Virus record (IMG/VR): IMGVR_UViG_3300023371_000005
Source of the DNA: a virus
Taxonomy: Duplodnaviria > Heunggongvirae > Uroviricota > Caudoviricetes
Direction: 5' to 3' (one strand)
Length of the DNA: 64,000 bases
The notes beneath the pieces were generated by a model. The model was given only the letters and a program-made list of their open reading frames with translations. It was not told the origin of the DNA and did no database searches. Below, in pieces: positions 55,432-64,000 of the stretch. The stretch's first letter is position 1; every line of letters starts with the position of its first letter. The translations under genes were made by a program, and so were the position numbers.

Positions 55432-56313
55432 TTACCCTTTGATGCATTGACTTAATAAAGTTAGACGAACTTGATTTTGATATTCAGGTTTGACTAAATA
55501 ATAAATATAACTTTCCATAACTTGCGCGATTGGCATAGTGCGGCCTTCAATCTTAAAATGAGAAAAGCCCATGTCAGTATATTTACCATATAAATCATCA
55601 ACCTTAATAACAGAAGGGAATTCTAAAATATCATAGAAGCCTCTGCGGTAAGTGGGGCAACCGCCCGCAAGCTCTCCATCAGTTTCTGGATTCATCATTT
55701 CAAAATTAAGTTGATGCTTGGCAATAGTTTCATAATGCTTTTGTCGTAATTTACAATTAGGATGACAATAAGCATTTATAAGTAATTCAATTTTATCTTT
55801 ATGTTTAATGCCATCTAGGAAATCAAAATTATAGTTATCTCTATAATCAATAACTACTAAATCATATTGTTCAGTAGCTTCATTGATTTTACCTAAATCT
55901 CTTTCACATCTTGTTGTAGATAAAATATATTTGAAATCTGGATAATTTTTTCTTAGATACTCTTCTAATATGGGAGAGTTGATAATTACTTCATTCATTC
56001 CATTATTAGCTAATTCCATTGTTAGATTACAATAAGTATCATACAAATGCTTTTCTTCTAAGAGAGGATTAGTATAAGTATATCGTAAAGGAATATCAGC
56101 ATCATTGAGTAAAGCAATTGTTTCTTTCATGCGAGTAGAAGAAGTCGAACCACACAGTAAGCGACCTCCATTCCAAATTGCTCCTGGAAAAGTTCCATAG
56201 ATACCACCAAATTCAATTCCTTCGTGGAAATACTCTGGATGAAAATGATGTAACTGTAACAAAGATAAATTTAAGTGCAATAAAGTATCGAAATCAGGCA
56301 AATAAAATTTCAT
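55432..56313 (-). CDS. hypothetical protein
   Basis: 293-aa ORF with its own promoter. Confidence 0.4.
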   Translation of the reverse strand: MKFYLPDFDTLLHLNLSLLQLHHFHPEYFHEGIEFGGIYGTFPGAIWNGGRLLCGSTSSTRMKETIALLNDADIPLRYTYTNPLLEEKHLYDTYCNLTMELANNGMNEVIINSPILEEYLRKNYPDFKYILSTTRCERDLGKINEATEQYDLVVIDYRDNYNFDFLDGIKHKDKIELLINAYCHPNCKLRQKHYETIAKHQLNFEMMNPETDGELAGGCPTYRRGFYDILEFPSVIKVDDLYGKYTDMGFSHFKIEGRTMPIAQVMESYIYYLVKPEYQNQVRLTLLSQCIKG

Positions 56314-56349
56314 TATTTAAGCTCCTTTGTCATTATTCTTTTTATTACA

Positions 56350-56378
56350 ATTATATCATTTTTTTTCAGTAAAATCAA
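56350..56378 (-). promoter_or_regulatory. promoter TTGATT-17-TATAAT (minus)
   Basis: Motif. Confidence 0.6.
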
Positions 56379-56403
56379 CTCATGAAGGAGAGTAAATAAA
56401 AAA

Positions 56404-56451
56404 ATCTCCTTTCTCACTTATTTATTTTCTAAATAATATGAGAAAGGAGAT
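56404..56451 (-). terminator. terminator with 13-bp inverted repeat
   Basis: atctcctttctca ... tgagaaaggagat followed by a T-run on the minus strand. Confidence 0.5.
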
Positions 56452-56462
56452 AAATCAATTAA

Positions 56463-56648
56463 TCAATATTCACCAGTGTGATCAATACCACACAATTTAT
56501 CGACGCTCTCAGTTAAAGCATCAATCATTTCTCTTAACCAGTAGTCATTGTCATCTGACCACTTTCTTAAATATAGAAGCTCCTTTTCAAGAATTTCTAT
56601 TCTCTTCTATTGTTCTTTAATAATTTCATATAATTCTTCAATGGTCAT
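56463..56648 (-). CDS. small coiled-coil protein (61 aa) with one in-frame TAG
   Basis: SD AAAGGAGG before ATG 56648; the frame is open across the TAG to TGA at 56463. Confidence 0.45.
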
Positions 56649-56675
56649 AAACAATGACCTCCTTTATATGTTATT

Positions 56676-56704
56676 AGGGTAGAACCTAAATAAGACTCTA
56701 CCCT
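56676..56704. other. stable hairpin flanking the DGR TR2 module
   Basis: Stem agggtaga-acctaaataagact-ctaccct; a corresponding hairpin sits at 59715..59749 in the TR1 module. Confidence 0.5.
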
Positions 56705-56716
56705 TATTTTTATTTT

Positions 56717-56865
56717 TGATTACGAGAGCGTTCATTATAAAATAAATTACTAACACCCAATCATCGGAAGAATTTTGCCAAGAGGCAAGGTTTATATACT
56801 TGATAAAATACTGCAAATATATAAAACTCTCAAAGAGAGTTATAAATAAAGTCAATAACAAAACA
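56717..56865 (-). ncRNA. conserved about 150-nt element immediately 3' (minus-strand sense) of TR2; paralog of 59757..59900; candidate DGR spacer/priming RNA
   Basis: About 85 percent identical to the TR1-flanking element, including the hairpin aactctcaaagagagtt. Confidence 0.5.
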
Positions 56866-56867
56866 GT

Positions 56868-56994
56868 GGCCACCGATATTCGCATTCGCATTCGACGTGG
56901 AATTGTTCAAATTCAGATAGAAAGGACCAGTATTCAGCCTGTTATTCCAATTACTACTGAAGTTCGTGACGTGAGACGAATTGCAATTCGTATC
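56868..56994 (-). repeat. DGR template repeat TR2 (cognate of VR2)
   Basis: 127-nt near-copy of 57079..57204; differences fall at positions where this copy has A on the coding (minus) strand; lies outside any real gene. Confidence 0.8.
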
Positions 56995-57061
56995 GTGGAA
57001 TAAATATTTTATCGTATAAGTAACCCATATATTCAAAGAATTTTACTATTCTTTAAATTTT

Positions 57062-58255
57062 TTATAATTTTTGGATGCGGCCACCGACATTCGCACTCGC
57101 ACTCGACGCGGAATCGTTCAAACGCAGAAAGAAAGGACCAGAAGCCAGCCCGTTAGCCCAATAACCACCGAAGCGCGCGACGCGAGACGAATTGCAACCC
57201 GCATAATCAGAGAAGTAAGTTGTACCACTACCTCCTTTAGCCGTTATAACAAATCCGCCTTCACTAGTACCTAAACAATTGGTATAATATCCATAAGTAT
57301 TACTAGTGAGTCCAGAAGCATTGGTAAATTCATAATTAGTGCCAGAATCATCAAAAGCTCCAGTAGTAGTTAAATAATTTCTAGAAGCATCAGTAACAAT
57401 GCCATCACACCATTTAGAAATATTACCCCAAAAATTTTCAATTCCCGCAAATTTCATACCTTCAGTATCCGTTCCACCATAATCCAATCCTTGATTATTC
57501 ATTGTTCCAGTAATAATAGGAGCAGAATTAGAACTATTAGTATAACCATATCCGAGAGCAGTTTGTCCATTCAAAGATTTATATTTTATAACATACATGG
57601 CCTATAAATAAACTAATTGATAGTAAGCAAACTACTCATAACCATCGCCATTTAGTTGGGCTGCCGCACGAAACTCACTAATAGTTTTAGAAGCCGTAGG
57701 GGTTTTATTACTTAAACTACGTAATTTACCATCACTATCAATATAGCCATCATAAGCACCAGTATAAAATGTATCTAAATCTTTATTATGCGTATGTGCG
57801 TAATAAGTAAAATCTGTATTAGCAATATCATTTGTAAAACTAACAGTAACTTTATTATCGTCGCTTTTAGTAATTCTTAATCCTCTTCTTGGAAAAGCAA
57901 TCATTACATCTCCTGCACTTCCACTTTCAATATCTACTGGATTACCATTAATATCTTCAGCGTAATTATTAGGATTTAATTTTACAACTTCTACTCCATC
58001 TTTCATAAGAACGGGATAATGTCCGAAAAATTCATCCCAAGCAGAAGATTTTGCTTCCATGGTAAATGCGTCATCCTCATAAGAACAACAAGTGTCAGGA
58101 TTAGAATCATTTAAATCAATAATAACAGTCATTACTTTTACCGGCTCTTCATCTAGTTTTGTTCCAATTTCAATTAACGCATCTTCAATATGCTCCACAT
58201 GAGAAGCACACCACTTATCAACAAAATCATGTAAATTCATTCTTTCATAAGGCAT
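57062..58255 (-). CDS. DGR target protein 2 (FGE-sulfatase/C-type-lectin-fold, variable C-terminus), 398 codons with two in-frame TAGs (57632-57634, 57602-57604)
   Basis: Track ORFs 57632..58255 and 57062..57598 share one frame; the segment GDGYE-TAG-FAYYQLVYL-TAG-AMYVIKYK aligns to GDTYE-Q-FAWFQLIYL-Q-AMFIMKYK of paralog 60070..61296 (CAA at both positions); GN(I)W and RFGG(Y)W motifs. Confidence 0.8.
57079..57204 (-). repeat. DGR variable repeat VR2 at the 3' end of target 2
   Basis: See TR2. Confidence 0.8.
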
Positions 58256-58383
58256 AAATTCACATCCTATTCTTACTTATTTAATATTTTATCAATTTCC
58301 TCTTGTAAATTTGGAAATCTCAAAATTACTGCATCATAATCTAATTTTCCTTCTTTAATTCTCATAGCTAAGTATTCAGCCAT
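58256..58383 (-). CDS. small ORF (about 36 aa) between RT region and target 2
   Basis: ATG overlaps the upstream stop; weak. Confidence 0.2.
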
Positions 58384-58387
58384 AAAA

Positions 58388-58618
58388 TTACACCCCCATA
58401 ATAATAGCATCTAAAGCATTTTTCATAATCTCATTTTCATCAGACATTTTCTTTAGATACTCGTCTTTGCTATATTGAATCTCTTCATATTCATAATAAA
58501 CATGACCTTTTTCATCAACTTTTTCGATAATATTATTATGAATATAAACAGTAGTTTTTCCAATCACTAAAGGTTTTGCCTGCTCGGCACTACCTCGCAC
58601 GATACCCATATTTTTCAT
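58388..58618 (-). CDS. hypothetical protein (76 aa) overlapping the RT 3' end
   Basis: Good SD AGGAGA before the ATG; not Avd-like (acidic). Confidence 0.4.
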   Translation of the reverse strand: MKNMGIVRGSAEQAKPLVIGKTTVYIHNNIIEKVDEKGHVYYEYEEIQYSKDEYLKKMSDENEIMKNALDAIIMGV

Positions 58619-59681
58619 ATCTTTGTATCTCCTTTCCTTGAATAACGCATTTTTTATATATCTCCATAGAACGATAAAATGTTCTAAAATATTTATTAAT
58701 AAAATTAGACATTGTTGTCTAATCTATTATCCCTTTATAAGAGAAAAAAGCACAAAATTCGTGATAAGTTGGTAAAAATATTTCATCTCGATAATAAGAA
58801 TTATATAACATTTTTATTATAAATTTTCTCACCTTTTTATAAGTTCGTTTACGCAAAATAATTCTATTATGAAAATGTCTATATCCTACAAAATCTATTC
58901 CCCTAATATCTACAGGAAAAATCTAATAATTATCTTTTATTTCTAATTTTAATTCTTCTTGAAGATATTTTTTTATTTGATAAAAATATTTCCATAACTA
59001 TTTTTTATTATTTCCTAAAATTACTATATCATCCATATAACGAATAATATATTTAATTTTCAATTCTTCTTTACACCAATGATCAAAAAATGATAAATAA
59101 TAATTTGATAAATATTGTGATAGATAAGAACCAATAGGTAAACCATTATTACAACTTTCAATAATTTTATCTAAAAGCAATAAAGTCTATTTATCTTTAA
59201 TTTTTTTACGAATTAGTTTTTGTAAAATAGTTTGATTAATATTTGGATAAAATTTTTTTATATCAATTTTCAAGCAATACTAAGTATTTTTAACATCTTT
59301 TAGATATTTTTTAGTAAGATTAGTTGCTCGTGTAATTCCGGCATTTTTTATAGAAGCACAACTATGATAACAAAAATGTTTTACTAAAGTTGGTTCTAAC
59401 TATAACATAATGGCCCATTGAATAATTCTATCTGGATAATAAGGAAGTTTCATAATTTCTCGCTCTTTTCCACTATCCTAAATTATTGAATGCTTATAGA
59501 GTGAAACCTAATATTCATTATTTAATAATATTTGTTGAATCTATTTTAGATTATTATCTAAATCTTTTTCAACTTTTTTTACTGAACGATAATGAGATTT
59601 ATCCTATTTAGCCATTTTGTGTGCTAACCGCAAATTATCCATATTACATATTTTATCAAAAATATTATTTAGACGTTTCAT
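58536..59681 (-). CDS. DGR reverse transcriptase, 381 aa, with 11 in-frame TAG codons
   Basis: RT motifs across one open frame: DRIIQWA (motif 2), IDIKKFYPNI (3), DGR-specific GLPIGSYLSQYLSNYYL with SQ rather than QG (4), YIRYMDDIVIL (5), IFPVDIRGIDFVGYRH (7); only TAG interrupts it, no TAA or TGA until 58536; very AT-rich. Confidence 0.8.
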
Positions 59682-59714
59682 ATTAATTCCTTCTATAATT
59701 ATTGTTATTTTTAT

Positions 59715-59749
59715 AAGGTTTTAGTAAAAAATATTTTTACTAAAACCTT
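59715..59749. other. perfect 16-bp hairpin between TR1 module and RT start
   Basis: aaggttttagtaaaaa-tat-tttttactaaaacctt. Confidence 0.55.
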
Positions 59750-59756
59750 ATTTTAT

Positions 59757-59900
59757 TTTGACTGAGAGAACGTTCATTATAATAAAATAATTACTAATAC
59801 CCATTATCAGAAGAATTTTACCAAGAGGTAAGGTTTATGTATTTAGAAAAATATTATATATAAAACTCTCAAAGAGAGTTATAAATAAAATAACAAAAGA
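59757..59900 (-). ncRNA. conserved about 150-nt element 3' of TR1 (paralog of 56717..56865)
   Basis: See 56717..56865. Confidence 0.5.
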
Positions 59901-59906
59901 GTGCGT

Positions 59907-60036
59907 GCCGATATTCGAATCCGTATTGTCGGGTGTTTCATTCACATTGAAGATGAAAGGTCCAGTATTCAGACTATTATTCCAATAACCGCTGAAATTC
60001 GCTACGTTACTGGGATTGACATTCGAATTATCGGAA
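59907..60036 (-). repeat. DGR template repeat TR1 (cognate of VR1)
   Basis: 130-nt alignment to 60091..60220 with about 31 mismatches, all at positions where TR1 has A on the coding strand. Confidence 0.85.
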
Positions 60037-60069
60037 GTATATTTTTCCATACAATTAACCTATATTATT

Positions 60070-61296
60070 TTATAGTTTTTGGACGCGCGCGCCGATATTC
60101 GAAGCCGCATCGTCGGGCGTACCATCCACACCGAAGAGGAAAGGCCCAGCAACCAGACCATCATCCCAACAACCGCCGAAACGCGCCACGCGACCGGGAT
60201 AGACATCCGAAGCATCGGAAAAATAAGTTGTCTCGCTACCAGCACCGATCATTTTCTTTAACGCAAAACCGCCTTCAGAAGTGGCACAAGGATAAATTAA
60301 ATAATCCTCTAAATAACCATTTTCGGCAACTTGTTCTGTATCAACTTCCGCAGTAATTTCGTATCCTTCACCATAGTCGTTGAAATTATTAGTTGTAATT
60401 TTATAATTGCAATTATCATCAGAGACAATGCCATCAACCCAATTCCAAATATTACCCCAGAAATTTTCAATACCAGCAAATTTCATACCTTGAGTCATAT
60501 CTGTGTTATCTCCGTCATAGGGAATACCCCAGTCCAAACTGCAAGTATTCATAATGCCAGAAGCTATTGCTTCCTCTCCATTTACATTACCACATCCAAG
60601 AGAAGATTGGCCATTAATTGATTTATACTTCATAATAAACATAGCTTGTAAATAAATTAATTGAAACCAAGCAAATTGTTCATAAGTATCTCCATTGTTG
60701 TGTGCGGCCGCACGTGCTTCACCGATTGTTATATTACAAGCAGGAGTTTTACCACTCAAACTACGTAATTTATTATTTTCATCAATATACCCATTATAAG
60801 CACCGATATAAAATGTATCTAATGAATTATTATTAAAAGTATGAGCGTAATATTCAAAATTATCAGGATCTTCAATATTGGTAAAACTAATTCTTATTTT
60901 CATATCAATCTCATTTCCTGTAATTCTTAATCCTCTTCTTGGAAAAGCAATCATTACATCTCCTGCACTTCCACTTTCAATATCTACTGGATTACCATTA
61001 ATATCTTCAGCGTAATTATTAGGATTTAATTTTACAACTTCTACTCCATCTTTCATAAGAACGGGATAATGTCCGAAAAATTCATCCCAAGCACTTGCGC
61101 CCGCAGACATTTCGCTAGCATCATCCTCATAAGAGCAACAAGTTAATGGATCTGAATTAGATAAATCAATAACAACAGTCATAGTCTTACCAAATGCTTT
61201 ATTATATAATCTTACTAATTCATCTTCAATATGTTCTACATGAGAAGCACACCACTTATCTACTCCATCTTGAAGATTCATTCGTTCATAACTCAT
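60070..61296 (-). CDS. DGR target protein 1 (FGE-sulfatase/C-type-lectin-fold), 408 aa, no internal TAG
   Basis: FWGNIWNWVDG and RVARFGGCW motifs; VR at codons about 360-405; GC-rich IMH-like gacgcgcgcgcc at the 3' end. Confidence 0.8.
   Translation of the reverse strand: MSYERMNLQDGVDKWCASHVEHIEDELVRLYNKAFGKTMTVVIDLSNSDPLTCCSYEDDASEMSAGASAWDEFFGHYPVLMKDGVEVVKLNPNNYAEDINGNPVDIESGSAGDVMIAFPRRGLRITGNEIDMKIRISFTNIEDPDNFEYYAHTFNNNSLDTFYIGAYNGYIDENNKLRSLSGKTPACNITIGEARAAAHNNGDTYEQFAWFQLIYLQAMFIMKYKSINGQSSLGCGNVNGEEAIASGIMNTCSLDWGIPYDGDNTDMTQGMKFAGIENFWGNIWNWVDGIVSDDNCNYKITTNNFNDYGEGYEITAEVDTEQVAENGYLEDYLIYPCATSEGGFALKKMIGAGSETTYFSDASDVYPGRVARFGGCWDDGLVAGPFLFGVDGTPDDAASNIGARVQKL
60091..60220 (-). 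repeat. DGR variable repeat VR1
   Basis: See TR1. Confidence 0.85.
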
Positions 61297-61302
61297 TTAT
61301 TT

Positions 61303-61731
61303 TCACTCTCCTAAAATAAAATCACCAAGTAAACCTTCTCCAAGTAAAGAAGTTCCTCCAGTCAAAGCAACTGTAATTATCTAGCCATTTTGAATTGAAA
61401 GAGAATAAGGCTAATTTGTTATTGAATCAATAATAATTAATGACTTTGCGGAACGAGTAGTTACCATTCCATTTTCATCAATAATAACATATTCATTGGG
61501 ATTACCAATAATTTGATTCTATTTTTGATTCCAAGAATCTCTTTCTCCAACTTGTAAATGCACTTCCTAATTATTAATATGATTATTTACATATTCAATA
61601 TCAGCTTTAGTGTCATCAATAGCATTGATAATATTTACTAAGGTATCATTATTCGGATAGTCCTACATATTAATTTTAGACCATAAATAAATAAGACCAT
61701 CAAAGTCTAAAAATGATTTTGTTTTAGACAT
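61303..61731 (-). CDS. hypothetical structural-module protein, 142 aa, five in-frame TAGs
   Basis: SD AAGGAGGAAG before ATG 61731; frame open to TGA 61303 apart from 5 TAG. Confidence 0.5.
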
Positions 61732-61784
61732 AGAACTTCCTCCTTATATATTTTAACATAAAAATTTTATAAAGTCAATAAAAA

Positions 61785-61817
61785 AAGGGAGAGGGACAGT
61801 TATTTTATCCCTCTCCC
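61785..61817 (-). terminator. hairpin terminator
   Basis: Stem agggagaggga-cagttatttta-tccctctccct; a TTGACT-17-TAAAAT promoter lies just downstream on the minus strand. Confidence 0.55.
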
Positions 61818-61832
61818 TTAAATTATTTTAAA

Positions 61833-63062
61833 TTAAGCGTTAGCAATAGCAGCTTCAATTTCAGCAGTAGTTAAAGCAATTACTCTAGTATTAATTTCAT
61901 TATCAGTATATGCCTTAGCATCAATTAATGCTTGTGCGGCAGCACCGTATGCATCATAAGTATTGGCGGGAATAGTATCCTGCTTCTTTGCTAATTCCTC
62001 ATCAACATAAGTCTTATCGGCCTTTTTAGCAATTTCAGTAGCATTAGCGCTAACAGCATTCTGACGAGCAGTAACTTCAGCCTCTAAATCAGCCTGAGAA
62101 GCCTTTGAAGCGATAGCGTTAGACAATTCAGTCTTATCAGCAGTCTTTAGATAATCGCCTTCAACAACAGCCAAACGACTATCAACGCCATTAATAGCAT
62201 CAGACAATTCAGTCTTATCAGCAGCTTTTAGATAGTCATCTTCAACAGCCTTAACACGACTAGCCAAAGCAGTTAAATCAGCAGCCTTAGCATAATCACC
62301 AATAGACAAAGCAGTAATAGCGTCAGCAACATAAGCGCTAACAGTCTTATCACCAGTATCAACCTTACTCTGCAAAGCTGCAATAGCTTCATTCATTGCA
62401 GAAGCATCATCTGGATGATCCTGAATCCAAGCAGCGATTTCAGCTAGAGTATCTAGAGACTCCTTAGCGTCCTCTGTGATTAACTGCTTAGCCAATTCTT
62501 CGTTAGCAATGGCACGAACAGACTTACCAGCGTCATCGCCCTCTAGAGTAGCAACACGACCAACTAAAGCAGTGTCATCATAAGTAGCAGCAGCCTGAGC
62601 GTCAGCGATCATCTGTACAACAGTCTTACCATCAGCAACTTCACCGACCAAAGATTCTAGTGCGTCAACTTCACCCTGTGCAGTGACAGCCTTGTCATCA
62701 GCAGCCTTTGCGGCAGCAGCATTAGCTTCTTCTGCAGCCTTAGCACGAAGAATTTCAGTATCTAAAGCAGCTTTAACAGAAGCAGCAGACTCAGAAGAAC
62801 CACCATTAGCAGCATTTAGAGTTTCTTCTGCTTTCTTGTTAATATAAGCAACAATAGACTGTTGATCAGTATAACCTTCTGGAATTTCACCAACATAAGA
62901 ACGAAGATCTTCAATTTCTAATCCACGAGCAGTAGCCTCGCTTGCAATAGCTTCCGCAATTGCCTCATCTCGAGCAGTAGCTTCAGCAGCAATTTTTTCA
63001 GCGATCTTGGACCATAAAGTACTTACGCCCTATTGGTCTAAAAATTTCTTTAAATCAGCCAT
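61833..63062 (-). CDS. Ala/Glu/Lys-rich coiled-coil structural protein (possible fiber or decoration protein), 409 aa, one in-frame TAG at 63030-63032
   Basis: SD AAAGGAGAT before ATG 63062; same frame as track ORF 61833..62651; repeats (GD)YLK(A/T)ADKTELS. Confidence 0.55.
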
Positions 63063-63092
63063 TTTTATTATCTCCTTTATTTTTTATTTTTT

Positions 63093-63554
63093 TTATTCGC
63101 AAATCTCAAGAATTTCTGTATGAGTTAAAGGAACTAATTTATTGAATAATTCTTGAGCATATGCCTTTGTAGCGTATTCTTCCAAAGCAATTTCTGGAAT
63201 CTCAATTTTATTTAGAGCTTCTTGTAATTGTTCTTGAGTAACTAAGTCACTATCTACAAGCACTTCATACTCATATAGCTCTTCATTCCATTGATATAAC
63301 TTTTTCTCTTGGAATGCTTTATAGATGACATTTACATCACCAATTGCAGGAAAATTATAATGAGTATTAGCATTAATAACTAATACTTTATCTTCTCCAA
63401 GATACTTTAAATCCAACCATTCATTGACACCGTCTCCAATTTTTAATTTACCAGTATCAATTTCAAATCCAGGCTCACCAGGGGCTAAAACAGGATTTAA
63501 AGTGATCCAACTTGAAGCTTTACCTCTTTTTAATTGAATTGTATATGTAGCCAT
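63093..63554 (-). CDS. putative tail/structural protein
   Basis: N-terminus TYTIQLKRGKASSWITLNPVLAPGEPGFEIDTGKLKIGDGVNEW resembles a conserved phage tail-fiber N-terminal domain; SD GAGGAGG. Confidence 0.4.
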   Translation of the reverse strand: MATYTIQLKRGKASSWITLNPVLAPGEPGFEIDTGKLKIGDGVNEWLDLKYLGEDKVLVINANTHYNFPAIGDVNVIYKAFQEKKLYQWNEELYEYEVLVDSDLVTQEQLQEALNKIEIPEIALEEYATKAYAQELFNKLVPLTHTEILEICE

Positions 63555-63569
63555 ACTTTTCCTCCTCAA

Positions 63570-63860
63570 TTAAAAAGGATCAGAGCCATCAATAGAGCCG
63601 CCGTCATAAATAAGATCACCAGATGGGGGATTATTTCCACCAGAATTACCTCCAGAAGAGCTTGACATACAATATGGATTAATTTCAATCCATTGCTTAG
63701 AGCCATTTAACATATAATATTTAGAACTACTAATAATAAAAATAGTGCTACCAGGAGTTAATCTATTTTTATCTAATTGTTTTAAATCATCAATAGTATC
63801 TAAATCAAAATGCTTAATACCATATGTTATATGACCACTATTTGAATGAATATTAACCAT
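63570..63860 (-). CDS. small Gly/Ser-rich structural-module protein
   Basis: SD AAAAGGAGGG before the ATG. Confidence 0.35.
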   Translation of the reverse strand: MVNIHSNSGHITYGIKHFDLDTIDDLKQLDKNRLTPGSTIFIISSSKYYMLNGSKQWIEINPYCMSSSSGGNSGGNNPPSGDLIYDGGSIDGSDPF

Positions 63861-63935
63861 TATAACCCTCCTTTTTATGTAAGTAAATATCTTCATAATA
63901 TTATAAAAAATTCATTGAGCATCTTAATACTTTTA

Positions 63936-64000
63936 GTCCAAAAATTTCTAAATCACTTTTTACTTTTGGGTTTTCGGCACTTTCGACTGGCACCGACCGG
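63936..64000. repeat. second copy of the about 65-nt GC-rich element (see 37497..37566); truncated by window end
   Basis: Shared core aaaatttctaaatc(a/g)ctttt. Confidence 0.35.

Noticed and set aside
55432-56313. Peptidase U32 or radical-SAM assignment for the 293-aa protein
   Set aside because: No U32 signature and no CxxxCxxC cluster; left as hypothetical.
56830-57036. Minus-strand ORF resembling the C-terminus of the DGR target (and ORF 59835..60050 likewise)
   Set aside because: These are the adenine-rich template repeats TR2 and TR1, not genes; the protein similarity simply reflects TR/VR near-identity.
56800-57274. Plus-strand small ORFs over TR/VR regions (56800..57003, 57071..57274, 59901..60356, 60079..60261)
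   Set aside because: Arg/Ile-rich antisense reading of repeat DNA; no signals; explained by the DGR repeats.
1-64000. Integrase, attachment sites or prophage boundaries, rRNA
   Set aside because: None of the ORFs shows tyrosine or serine recombinase motifs and no direct repeats bracketing the region were seen; the window looks like internal phage genome.

Overview
The window is a densely packed, almost entirely minus-strand stretch of a large dsDNA phage or prophage. Its host is probably a low-GC Firmicute, judging by AGGAGG Shine-Dalgarno sites, L-x-x-C lipoprotein signal peptides, and more than 20 near-identical host-type promoters (TTGATT-17-TATAAT), each preceded by a hairpin terminator so that most genes are single-gene transcription units. 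Coordinates 1-48500 hold early and auxiliary genes: replication (GyrA, GyrB, NAD-dependent ligase, RNase H, Sak4-like ATPase, DEDDh exonuclease), nucleotide metabolism (ThyA, DHFR), lysis (a multi-domain endolysin plus holin), a phage sigma-70 factor, and an RNA-repair toolkit (RNA ligase, Pnk-type kinase with a calcineurin-like phosphoesterase, Thg1-like 3'-5' polymerase, nucleotidyltransferase, SpoT-like HD hydrolase). They also hold an NAD+/ADP-ribose island (NAMPT-family, NMNAT, NadE, PRPP-synthetase-like, PncA-like, Sir2, macrodomain, NADAR, YqeY domain), three SPFH/band-7 proteins, free-standing homing endonucleases and a cluster of lipoprotein paralogs. Coordinates 48500-64000 are structural: a Major-Vault-Protein-like protein, a 1394-aa tail fiber, and a diversity-generating retroelement (DGR) with one reverse transcriptase, two FGE/C-type-lectin-fold target genes and two distinct template-repeat (TR) modules. 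The most important observation is that TAG is a sense codon, most likely glutamine (genetic code 15). In-frame TAGs interrupt obviously continuous genes: the tail fiber (3), the endolysin (2, one inside the M15 catalytic core), the DGR reverse transcriptase (11) and others. Where one DGR target gene has TAG, its paralog has CAA at the same two positions. No tRNA, rRNA or CRISPR array was found in the window.
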